Below are positions 34,607 through 42,552 of a stretch of 64,000 nucleotides of DNA, in pieces (within the stretch, counting starts at the first letter, position 1; every line of letters begins with the position of its first letter). The DNA comes from Armatimonadota bacterium (GTDB lineage: Bacteria; Armatimonadota; UBA5829; DTLH01), in contig JBBRAE010000003.1 in NCBI GenBank assembly GCA_038207085.1, forward strand, positions 96,001-160,000. The letters run 5' to 3'. The notes beneath the pieces were generated by a model. That model was given only the letters and a program-made list of their open reading frames with translations, was not told the origin of the DNA and ran no database searches. The translations under genes were made by a program, and so were the position numbers.

Positions 34607-35566
34607 TTAACTCCCAATATCCTGCTTTGGGTCGACTTTTTCTGCTATCCGGAGTTTCGCGCTTCGTGCGCGAGGGTTCTCTTCGGTCTCCTCCGGTGTC
34701 GGCAATATCGGTTTCTTGGTAAGCGTCCGAAGCGTCTGCTTTGCGCCACATGCGCACACGGGCAACGTCCTCGGGCACTGACAGCGGCCTGCCTGGGCCG
34801 CAAAAAACTGCTTTACAATTCTGTCTTCGAGCGAGTGATAGCTGATTACAGCGATCCTCCCCGACCCGGCAAGAGCGTCGGTCGCGGCCTCTAGGCCCTG
34901 CTCAAGCGACTCAAGCTCGGTGTTGACTGCAATTCTAAGCGCCTGAAACGTCCGGGTCGCCGGGTGCGTCTTTGGCGGATGAAACTTCGCAGGAATCGCC
35001 CCACGCACGACGTCAGCCAAATCAGACGTGGTGCGTATCGGATCTTTCTTGCGTCGCTCCACAATAGCTCGCGCGATCCTCGCAGCCCACCGCTCATCTG
35101 AATGGACGAAAATCAACTGGGTAAGATCCTTTTCGGAAAGCCCATTGACGAGACTCTCAGCCGTAGTCGGCTGGCTCTGGTCCATTCGCATGTCAAGCGG
35201 CGCAGGAGTCTGAAAGCTGAATCCGCGCTCCGGAGTATCCAACTGGTGGGATGAGACACCGAGGTCGAAAAGCACCCCTTTTATCGGTCCCGCGCTGACC
35301 TCTCCCAAAATCCGCGCAAGGTCTCCAAAATCTCCCCTTGCAAAAGTGACGCTTCCCGAAAACTCCTGAAGCTCAGCACCCGCGCACTCTATTGCGTCCG
35401 CGTCGCGATCGACACCGATCAGGTGTCCTCCAGGTTGTATAAGGCTGAGGATAGCCTTTGAGTGCCCAGCCCCGCCAAGTGTGCAATCTACGAAATTGTC
35501 ACCAGGCTTTGGATCAAGCCATTCGAGCACTTCAGAGAGCAGAACCGGCCGATGGTACTCCGTCAC
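34607..35566 (-). CDS. rsmH: 16S rRNA m4C1402 methyltransferase
   Basis: HRPVLL, DCTLGGAGHS, DLGVSSHQLD, LDMRMD, TFQALRIAVN, SYHSLEDR, NPRARSAKLR; GTG start at 35566. Confidence 0.97.
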   Translation of the reverse strand: MTEYHRPVLLSEVLEWLDPKPGDNFVDCTLGGAGHSKAILSLIQPGGHLIGVDRDADAIECAGAELQEFSGSVTFARGDFGDLARILGEVSAGPIKGVLFDLGVSSHQLDTPERGFSFQTPAPLDMRMDQSQPTTAESLVNGLSEKDLTQLIFVHSDERWAARIARAIVERRKKDPIRTTSDLADVVRGAIPAKFHPPKTHPATRTFQALRIAVNTELESLEQGLEAATDALAGSGRIAVISYHSLEDRIVKQFFAAQAGRCQCPRTLPVCACGAKQTLRTLTKKPILPTPEETEENPRARSAKLRIAEKVDPKQDIGS

Positions 35567-36026
35567 TTCCCTCACCGCCTTCCTTGCTCCCAAGCGCCGC
35601 CGCGGCCGCCTTGATGAGCTGCTCCGGGGTGAGATTATCGTTCTTGTAAGCTTCCCAATTGTCAGTCCCCCACAGCTCGCACCACTCGCCTACCCCGACC
35701 ATGACAAGGTCCTTGTCGATGCCGGCGTGCGCGCGAAGCTCGGGCGTAAGCTGTATCCTTCCCTGACCGTCGCAGGAGGTCTCGACCATCTCACCAAAGA
35801 GATGCCGGTAAAGCCTGCCGATCTCAGGGTTGAAGAGCATCATCATCGGGTTGCCGAGTCCCTGCGCCTGAGCCTTGATAAGCTCGAACCGCTCGGTGGT
35901 GAGCACAAGCAGGCAGCCGAGGCCGCGTGTGATTACGAACCGCTCTCCAAGAGAAAAGCGGAACTTCTTCGGAACAATGAAGCGACCTACTTCATCCAGC
36001 TTGTGATTGAAAGATCCACCAAACAA
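35532..36026 (-). CDS. mraZ: Division/cell wall cluster repressor MraZ
   Basis: MFGGSFNHKLDEVGR, DGQGRI, GVGEWCELW; first gene of the dcw cluster. Confidence 0.93.
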   Translation of the reverse strand: MFGGSFNHKLDEVGRFIVPKKFRFSLGERFVITRGLGCLLVLTTERFELIKAQAQGLGNPMMMLFNPEIGRLYRHLFGEMVETSCDGQGRIQLTPELRAHAGIDKDLVMVGVGEWCELWGTDNWEAYKNDNLTPEQLIKAAAAALGSKEGGEGSDGVPSAGSAL

Positions 36027-36040
36027 TAGCGTGCCCGATT

Positions 36041-36109
36041 CTCCAAAAATCTACCAGGGGTCCACCAGGAGTCCCCGTCTCGTTGCCATGATTCCTCCAT
36101 GGCTCACCA
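36041..36109 (-). promoter_or_regulatory. Putative MraZ operator: seven helically phased TGG boxes
   Basis: On the + strand CCA/CCG ends at 36045, 36056, 36067, 36077, 36088, 36099 and 36109 (10-11 nt spacing), between the promoter and mraZ. Confidence 0.65.
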
Positions 36110-36118
36110 ACTTGCATC

Positions 36119-36147
36119 AATATACCAGCCAGCAGTCCGAAAGTCAA
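36119..36147 (-). promoter_or_regulatory. dcw (mraZ) sigma70 promoter
   Basis: Minus strand TTGACT-N17-TATATT with TGn extended -10. Confidence 0.75.
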
Positions 36148-36400
36148 GAGGCTCAACAATAATTTATAAAAATCTGTTCGGACTAATGGGGAGTTAGGGC
36201 TCGTATTTGGTGACGTGGTTGTGAACTTTGACCAGTAAGCCGCATCGAGTGTGAATGTATATGAACAATATGGTGAATCCGGGGATGGATTGGCAAGCAG
36301 GCTCACACCTACGAGAAATTATGTGATAGTTTTATGTGATGGCCCCAAAAATGCGGTTTTCGGGGCCACAGGAGGTGAGACGTGGGGAATGCCGGTGGCG

Positions 36401-38794
36401 CTACCAAGTGTCGGGCAGCGAGGCGATATCCATAGGCATCGCCTCGGGTTGAAACCTCATCTCAAAGGCAACGGTCGTGCCCCCGGGTCCGGTCGCGAGG
36501 TAGACCTTGTCCGAAATCGATATGATCGCCTTGTAGCCCATACCCATCGAGTTTGCCGTGGAGTAACCAAGGCGAAGGGTCGCATCAGGGAGCACGAGAT
36601 TCTCGATTCCGGGGCCGTCGTCGGTGATCTTCAGCATAACCCCGTCTGAGACTCGGTGGATCGAGACTTCCCCACCCTGCCCATGCTTGATTGCATTGGT
36701 GGCCGCCTCTCCAAGACACAGGAGCATATCATATACGCGGTTCTCATCCATACCTTCGGACAGGCACCACTGGCGCACGTCGGATCGCAGATCGTGGAGC
36801 TGTCGGCCCTCGGCAATCTCCCAGCGCCGAAGCGCCCGCCCTGCTAACAGTTGGATCTCCTCGGACTCGCTTATCAGGAGCTTCCCCTGCGTAGCGGCAA
36901 GGATAGTGCGCTTGTAGAACTCCCGCTGGTGCGCCTCCATCTCAAGGCGCTTCTGCTCGGCGGAGATGCGCTCGGTGATGTCCATTGCGAACACGATGAC
37001 GCCTGTGACCTCGCCGCCGCGGTCCTTGTAGGGAAGCTTGTCGGTCCTAAACCAACGCGTGTCACCATTTGGAAAGGTAATCCGTTCGATCACCGCGAGC
37101 TTGGGTTTGCCCGTCGAAAGCACCTCGATGTTGTCGGCGATCAGCTTGTCCATCTGCCCCGGCACAAGCGCGCGAAGCGTTCTGCCGATGATCCGGTCCA
37201 TCGGGATATCGAAATACCTGCTGGTGGCATGATTTGCCCGCACGACTCTGTGGTCCTGATCGATGTATATAATCATAGCAGGGACCGTGTTGTAGATCGT
37301 GAGATAGTCTTCGCGCTGGCTTGCGAGCTCGGCCTCGGCGTGTTCGCGCAGTTCGCGGACCCGAATCGAGGAGATGCCAAACGCAATGTCATCGGCAAGC
37401 TCGCGGAGCATATCGACCTCGGACTCGTTAAAAGCATGCGTCTGCGAAGCGTAAATATTGAGTGTCCCAAGCACCGACGCGCCGGAGACAAGGGGAAGCG
37501 CGATAAACGAGGCGTAGCCCCGCGCAAGGGCCATTTCACACCAAGCCCCACACCTGGGGTCATCCGATATGTCGCTTACGGCCTGAACGCTGGCCGTGCG
37601 TATAGCAGTCGCGGTAGGACCGGTTGAGTCGTCATTCCAGCTTATCTTGAGCCCTTCGAGGTAACCTTCGTTGTGCCCGCCGTAGCAGACCGGGGCGACG
37701 GTTTTCCCCTCATCATCGCGCGCAAACCCGACCCACGCCATACGGAACCCGCCGACCTCGACGATGATATTGCAGGCATCCTGAAGCAGTGACATCTCAT
37801 CGTCGGTGCGCACGAGTATCTGGTTCACAGCCGAAAGCACCTTGAGAGTGCGGTTGGCGCGCTTCAGGGCATCCTCGGCGCGGTTCTGCTTGATGATCCG
37901 CCACACACCGCTCATCAGAAGCGTAAGCTGTCGGATGTCCGAGCCGTCGTAGTCGTCGTCCTTGTTGCCGACGCCTACGAGCATCACGATATGCCCGTCG
38001 TCAAAGATTGGCACGTTCATGTGGCGGTTGATTTTGACATGTCCATCTGGAACGCCGTGCTTCATGGAGCTTGGCGCGTCGTAGTCGTTTGTTACGACAG
38101 TTTTTCGCTGGCGGACGGACTCTCCCCAGAGCCCGGTTTCGGCGACGGGGTAGACCATCGGTTTTTCCTGCATCCGGCACTGGGCCATCGCTCCGCCGGA
38201 CCAGGAGTGCATCGTCAGCACGCTTTCGTCGTCGTTCAGGAACGCTACGTAGCCCACTTTGCTCCGGGTGAGGCTGACCCCTTCTTCAAGGGCAAAATTG
38301 GTGATATCATGGAGCGAGGAGCGAGTCATTTGGGTCAGTTTGACGAGCGCTTCAAAGCGGGACTCATCAAGCTGCAGCGCCTGATCGGCAAGTTTGCGCT
38401 CGGTGATGTCGCGCATGATCACCTGGACCTGTTCTTCGCCGGTTTCGGGGTCGATGACGAGGTAGGAGTCGTGCAGCACCCATTTTGGGCGGCCTGAAAG
38501 GGTCTTGAAGGGATACTCGAAGTCGTGCACATGCCCGTGTTTGCGAAGCTCATCGCGCATCAGACCGCGCGGCCCGACATACTCGATGTGGTCGGCCACA
38601 TTCGTCCCACTAAGCGCTGCCGGGGCAGGGTATTTGTCCTCGATGTCGAGAATCTTCAGCACACCGCTGTCCGCAAAGACGATGGTGCCGTCCAGCTTGT
38701 ATCTGTACAGCCCGATACCCGCGAAATCAAACGCTTCCCTTCGGATAGCGTCCATGTCGAACTCATCTATTGGTATGGGGCGATCTCGTTCCAT
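36401..38794 (-). CDS. Cytoplasmic PAS-GAF-GAF-PAS sensor with RsbT/RsbW-like (HATPase_c_2) Ser/Thr kinase domain
   Basis: PAC ends RDITERK and MDITERI; GAF motifs VGVGNKDDDY and ELADDIAFGI; GEAATNAIKHG, DDGPGI, GYSTANSMGMG; no recognisable H-box; start at ATG 38794 with GGAG. Confidence 0.85.
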   Translation of the reverse strand: MERDRPIPIDEFDMDAIRREAFDFAGIGLYRYKLDGTIVFADSGVLKILDIEDKYPAPAALSGTNVADHIEYVGPRGLMRDELRKHGHVHDFEYPFKTLSGRPKWVLHDSYLVIDPETGEEQVQVIMRDITERKLADQALQLDESRFEALVKLTQMTRSSLHDITNFALEEGVSLTRSKVGYVAFLNDDESVLTMHSWSGGAMAQCRMQEKPMVYPVAETGLWGESVRQRKTVVTNDYDAPSSMKHGVPDGHVKINRHMNVPIFDDGHIVMLVGVGNKDDDYDGSDIRQLTLLMSGVWRIIKQNRAEDALKRANRTLKVLSAVNQILVRTDDEMSLLQDACNIIVEVGGFRMAWVGFARDDEGKTVAPVCYGGHNEGYLEGLKISWNDDSTGPTATAIRTASVQAVSDISDDPRCGAWCEMALARGYASFIALPLVSGASVLGTLNIYASQTHAFNESEVDMLRELADDIAFGISSIRVRELREHAEAELASQREDYLTIYNTVPAMIIYIDQDHRVVRANHATSRYFDIPMDRIIGRTLRALVPGQMDKLIADNIEVLSTGKPKLAVIERITFPNGDTRWFRTDKLPYKDRGGEVTGVIVFAMDITERISAEQKRLEMEAHQREFYKRTILAATQGKLLISESEEIQLLAGRALRRWEIAEGRQLHDLRSDVRQWCLSEGMDENRVYDMLLCLGEAATNAIKHGQGGEVSIHRVSDGVMLKITDDGPGIENLVLPDATLRLGYSTANSMGMGYKAIISISDKVYLATGPGGTTVAFEMRFQPEAMPMDIASLPDTW

Positions 38795-39170
38795 TGTATT
38801 ACTCCAGTTGACCAAATCGCGTCGCCAAGGGCGCACTCATCCCCCGAGGAGTATTATCCGTCATCTGATCAATTACCGCAAGCCGGCGTGTTCTCAGTCC
38901 ACCGGATAGACGCACAACGGTGTTGTGCCACAAAAGCGCAGACAATCCCAATCTGACCTCACCCGAACTGCAGAGCTTTTCCCGATATCATACCTGCACT
39001 GCGGGCTATCTTTAAAATACCCAGCAATTGGAGGTTTGTAACGGAGGCTAGTGCACGCTTAACCTGAATATTGTTCTTTGCCCAAGCACTTATGCCGCGT
39101 GCAGAGGCTTCGATGAAAGTCTCGCCAAATCCCAATATTCAGGTTAATCCGCCACTAGGGGCCGGAGTAT

Positions 39171-39278
39171 GTTGGGCCGGATTTGAAATCCGAGCCCGAT
39201 TGTGTGACATTATCCAATCAACCGGCATCGCAGATGCCTATCCGACCCATGCGTCCCGGATCACAGATCCGGACGAAC
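39171..39278. repeat. REP-like inverted pair with compensatory base changes
   Basis: GTTGGGCCGGATTTGAAATCCGAGCCC (39171-39197) aligns with the reverse complement of 39252-39278 (GTTCGTCCGGATCTGTGATCCGGGACG) at 19/27. Confidence 0.6.
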
Positions 39279-39294
39279 TCACCCCGAAATATTG

Positions 39295-39312
39295 TCGTGA
39301 AAAAATCCACGA
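39295..39312. promoter_or_regulatory. Putative Rex operator
   Basis: TCGTGAAAAAATCCACGA versus consensus TTGTGAA-N4-TTCACAA (11/14 matches), adjacent to the -35. Confidence 0.6.
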
Positions 39313-39318
39313 TATAGC

Positions 39319-39347
39319 TTGACATTAGCTCACCCCTATGGCATAAT
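39319..39347 (+). promoter_or_regulatory. Sigma70 promoter of the rex-hyd operon
   Basis: TTGACA-N17-CATAAT with TGn extension. Confidence 0.8.
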
Positions 39348-39351
39348 CTAA

Positions 39352-39369
39352 TTGATAATTCTTTATCGA
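39352..39369. promoter_or_regulatory. Second 7-4-7 palindrome at the predicted transcription start (Rex-like operator)
   Basis: TTGATAA-TTCT-TTATCGA, the same geometry as a Rex box. Confidence 0.5.
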
Positions 39370-39436
39370 TATAAATCACTCGATTCACTGGCTTGGTAGT
39401 CTCTGGCCCGACGACTAACCTGGAGGATGATCTATC

Positions 39437-40087
39437 GTGGAACCGGTCAAGAAAGTGGGCAGCCTGCCCTCAATAAGAAGATTGCCCACATACCTTCGAG
39501 TGCTAAGGCAGTTCGAAGAGGCCGGGCGCGATATCGTCTCAAGCAACCACATCGCAGCGGTGCTCAGGCTCGACCCGGTGCAGGTCCGAAAAGACCTCGC
39601 GATCACCGGGATAATCGGCAAGCCAAAGGTCGGATACTTCGTCCCAACGCTGATCAAAGCGATCGAGGAGTTTTTGGGCTGGGATAACAGCTGCGAGGCG
39701 TTTCTGGTCGGCGCGGGGAACCTCGGAAGCGCACTTCTGGGTTACGCGGGGTTCAAAGACCACGGCCTGAACATCGTCGCGGCCTTTGACGCTGACCCGG
39801 CGAAGGTCGGCACGGAGATCGCGGACAAGTTCGTCCTGCCGCTTGAGAAGCTTGCAAATCTTGCCAAGCGAATGCACATCACAACCGGGATCATCACCGT
39901 TCCCGAGTCCACCGCGCAAAGGATCGCCGATATGATGGTCGCAGCGGGAATCACAGCGATTTGGAACTTTTCTCCGGTCAGAATAGACGTGCCGGAGAGT
40001 GTTGTCGTTCAAAATGAAGACCTCGCAGGAGGTCTAGCAGTACTCTGCGTTAAGGCTGCCGGAATCCGAAAGCCCGGGCGCAATTAG
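39437..40087 (+). CDS. rex: Redox-sensing transcriptional repressor Rex
   Basis: RRLPTYLR, QVRKDL, GKPKVGY, VGAGNLGSAL, IWNFSP; GTG start with GGAGG. Confidence 0.95.
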   Translation: MEPVKKVGSLPSIRRLPTYLRVLRQFEEAGRDIVSSNHIAAVLRLDPVQVRKDLAITGIIGKPKVGYFVPTLIKAIEEFLGWDNSCEAFLVGAGNLGSALLGYAGFKDHGLNIVAAFDADPAKVGTEIADKFVLPLEKLANLAKRMHITTGIITVPESTAQRIADMMVAAGITAIWNFSPVRIDVPESVVVQNEDLAGGLAVLCVKAAGIRKPGRN

Positions 40088-40141
40088 TTATCACGAGTAG
40101 ACTGCAAGTGGCAGAAAGCGCCATTTGCAGAGGAGGTCACG

Positions 40142-40651
40142 ATGCCGCAGGCACTCAAAAAGAAATCCAGAGAGAGGGTCCGCCAGTTCGAAAAAGTGTG
40201 CGAAATATTGGACCGCTTCAACCGCGACCCAAAGAAGCTCATCCCGATCCTGCAGCTTGTCCAGCACGAGTACAGGTATCTCCCGGAGGAGGTTCTGACC
40301 TATGTTGCCACATCGCTTGGGATTCCCCCCGCAAGGGTCTACGGCGTCGCGACGTTTTACGCACACTTCGCACTTGAACCCAAGGGCAAGTATGTGGTCA
40401 AGCTCTGCGACGGAACAGCATGCCACGTGAAGAAGTCGATCCCGATCCTTGAGGCGCTCCAAAAGCACCTCGGACTTTCTGGGAAGCAGACGACTACCGA
40501 CGACATGCTCTTCACAGTCGAGACGGTCTCCTGCCTCGGCGCATGCGGGCTTGCTCCGGTTGTGGTGATAAACGACGACGTTCACGGACAGGTGACCCCG
40601 GAAATGGCGGTTGCTCTGCTCGAAGAGATAAAAGCAGTTGAGGGAAAGTAG
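40142..40651 (+). CDS. hydC: [FeFe]-hydrogenase gamma subunit (NuoE-like [2Fe-2S])
   Basis: VYGVATFY, CDGTACH, CLGACGLAP; AGGAGG RBS. Confidence 0.92.
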   Translation: MPQALKKKSRERVRQFEKVCEILDRFNRDPKKLIPILQLVQHEYRYLPEEVLTYVATSLGIPPARVYGVATFYAHFALEPKGKYVVKLCDGTACHVKKSIPILEALQKHLGLSGKQTTTDDMLFTVETVSCLGACGLAPVVVINDDVHGQVTPEMAVALLEEIKAVEGK

Positions 40652-40654
40652 CAG

Positions 40655-42550
40655 ATGAACAGCACTATTTTGAACCTCGAACAGGTAACAAAGGACTACA
40701 CGAACGCAGCCGAGCGCATAGCTCGCAGGGTAATCATCTGCGCGGGCACGGGGTGCGTTGCAAACGGAGCGCTCAAGGTGTTTGACGCCTTCCGTGACGC
40801 CATAGCCGACGCCGGGCTCGATGTCGTGACCGAGCTGAAGCGCGAAGAAGGCGGCGACGTCCACGTCTCTAAAAGCGGCTGCCAGGGCTTCTGCCAGATG
40901 GGCCCGCTCGTGACGGTGCTTCCCGAAGGCATTCTTTATACAAAGGTCAAAGCCTCCGACGTGGCCGAGATAGTCGAAAAGACACTTGTCGCAAACGATG
41001 AGGTCGAGCGGCTGCTCTACGTTGACCCCATATCGGGTGAGCGCTGCAAGGGAACGGGCGATATCCCCTTCTACACCAGGCAGGAGCGCACGGTGCTTAA
41101 AAGCTGCGGTGTGGTCGACCCCGAGGATATTCGAGAGTATATCCAAAAGGGCGGTTACGCGGCTGCGATGCGCGCTTACAGCGAGATGACCCCGCAGGCG
41201 ATCTGCGAGGAGATCACCCACTCCGGCCTTCGAGGTCGAGGCGGCGGCGGATTCCCCGCCGGACGCAAGTGGGACCTCACCCGCAAGCAGACAGAACCCA
41301 AGAAGTTCGTCATCTGTAACGGCGACGAGGGTGACCCCGGCGCGTTTATGGACCGCTCGGTTATGGAGGGCAACCCCCACAGCGTGATCGAGGGAATGAT
41401 GATCGCCGCGCGCGCAATCGGCGCTGACGAAGGCTATATTTACGTGCGGCTCGAGTACCCGCTTGCGGTTAATCGTGTAAAGAAAGCCGTCAAAGACGCT
41501 TTGGCCGCGGGAATCCTCGGGCCCGACGTCTTTGGCACGGGACACGCTTTCAAAATTGAAGTTATGGAAGGCGCGGGCGCGTTTGTCTGTGGCGAAGAGA
41601 CTGCGCTAATCGCTTCGATCGAAGGCAAGCGCGGGATGCCGCTTCCCAAGCCGCCGTTCCCTGCCCAAAGCGGGCTTGAAGGTAAGCCGACGGTTATCAA
41701 CAACGTCGAGACGCTTGCTTCAGTCCCGATGATCTTGAATATGGGCGCAGCCGAGTATAGAAGTGTCGGCACGGAGACTTCTCCTGGCACCAAGACTTTC
41801 GCGCTAACCGGCCACGTGGTCAACACCGGGCTTATAGAGGTTCCGTTTGGGACGACGCTTCGAGAGATCGTAAACCACATCGGCGGCGGGGTTACAAACG
41901 ACAAAGGCGAGATGACCGGAGAGGGCTTTAAAGCCGTTCAGATCGGCGGGCCGTCGGGCGGATGCCTTACCGAAGAGCACCTCGACCTGCCGCTTGATTT
42001 CGACTCACTGAAGAGCGTCGGCGCGATGGTCGGCTCCGGCGGGCTTGTAGTTATGAACAAAGAGACGTGCATGGTGGGCATCGCACGGTTCTTTATGCAG
42101 TTTACTCAAAACGAGTCCTGCGGCAAGTGCGTGCTCTGCCGCGAGGGAACCAAGCAGATGCTCGCGCTCCTAGACGACATCATGGAGGGACGCGCGACCA
42201 CCGAGACGCTTGAGCTCCTTGAGAAGGTCGCGCGAGCGGTGCAGAAGGGTTCGCTCTGCGGGCTCGGCAAGACCGCTCCAAACCCGATTCTTGCTACCAT
42301 GAGGCAGTTTAGAGCGGAATACGAGGCGCACGTCTATCAGAAACGATGCCCGACGGGACAGTGCAAGGCGCTTTCGATCCCCGAGATCATCGCCGAAAAG
42401 TGCAAGGGCTGCACGGCCTGTGCAAGAAAGTGCCCCGTAGGTGCGATCACGGGAGAGAAGAAAGAAGTCCACGTGATCGACGCCGATGCCTGCATCAAGT
42501 GCGGAGTCTGCAAAGAGACCTGCCGGTTTGACGCTGTAGTTGGAGTATAG
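40655..42550 (+). CDS. hydB: [FeFe]-hydrogenase beta subunit (NuoF-like, FMN/NAD, multiple FeS)
   Basis: GLRGRGGGGFP, NGDEGDPGAFMDRS, GEETAL, GGPSGG, ESCGKCVLCREG, two C-terminal [4Fe-4S] motifs. Confidence 0.95.
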   Translation: MNSTILNLEQVTKDYTNAAERIARRVIICAGTGCVANGALKVFDAFRDAIADAGLDVVTELKREEGGDVHVSKSGCQGFCQMGPLVTVLPEGILYTKVKASDVAEIVEKTLVANDEVERLLYVDPISGERCKGTGDIPFYTRQERTVLKSCGVVDPEDIREYIQKGGYAAAMRAYSEMTPQAICEEITHSGLRGRGGGGFPAGRKWDLTRKQTEPKKFVICNGDEGDPGAFMDRSVMEGNPHSVIEGMMIAARAIGADEGYIYVRLEYPLAVNRVKKAVKDALAAGILGPDVFGTGHAFKIEVMEGAGAFVCGEETALIASIEGKRGMPLPKPPFPAQSGLEGKPTVINNVETLASVPMILNMGAAEYRSVGTETSPGTKTFALTGHVVNTGLIEVPFGTTLREIVNHIGGGVTNDKGEMTGEGFKAVQIGGPSGGCLTEEHLDLPLDFDSLKSVGAMVGSGGLVVMNKETCMVGIARFFMQFTQNESCGKCVLCREGTKQMLALLDDIMEGRATTETLELLEKVARAVQKGSLCGLGKTAPNPILATMRQFRAEYEAHVYQKRCPTGQCKALSIPEIIAEKCKGCTACARKCPVGAITGEKKEVHVIDADACIKCGVCKETCRFDAVVGV

Positions 42551-42552
42551 CA

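Noticed and set aside
38837..39322. Short ORFs in the sensor-rex intergenic region (for example 39071-39322)
   Set aside because: No RBS or motifs; they overlap the REP-like pair and the promoter.
40091..41545. 484-aa minus-strand ORF, and similar long ORFs such as 13376-14392, 29215-30411, 33550-34722, 57838-59031 and 6112-7263
   Set aside because: Antisense shadows of well-supported genes, expected in GC-rich coding DNA; no recognisable motifs.
40142..42550. Respiratory complex I nuoEF
   Set aside because: Followed by an H-cluster protein, with no membrane nuo genes; these are hydrogenase subunits.
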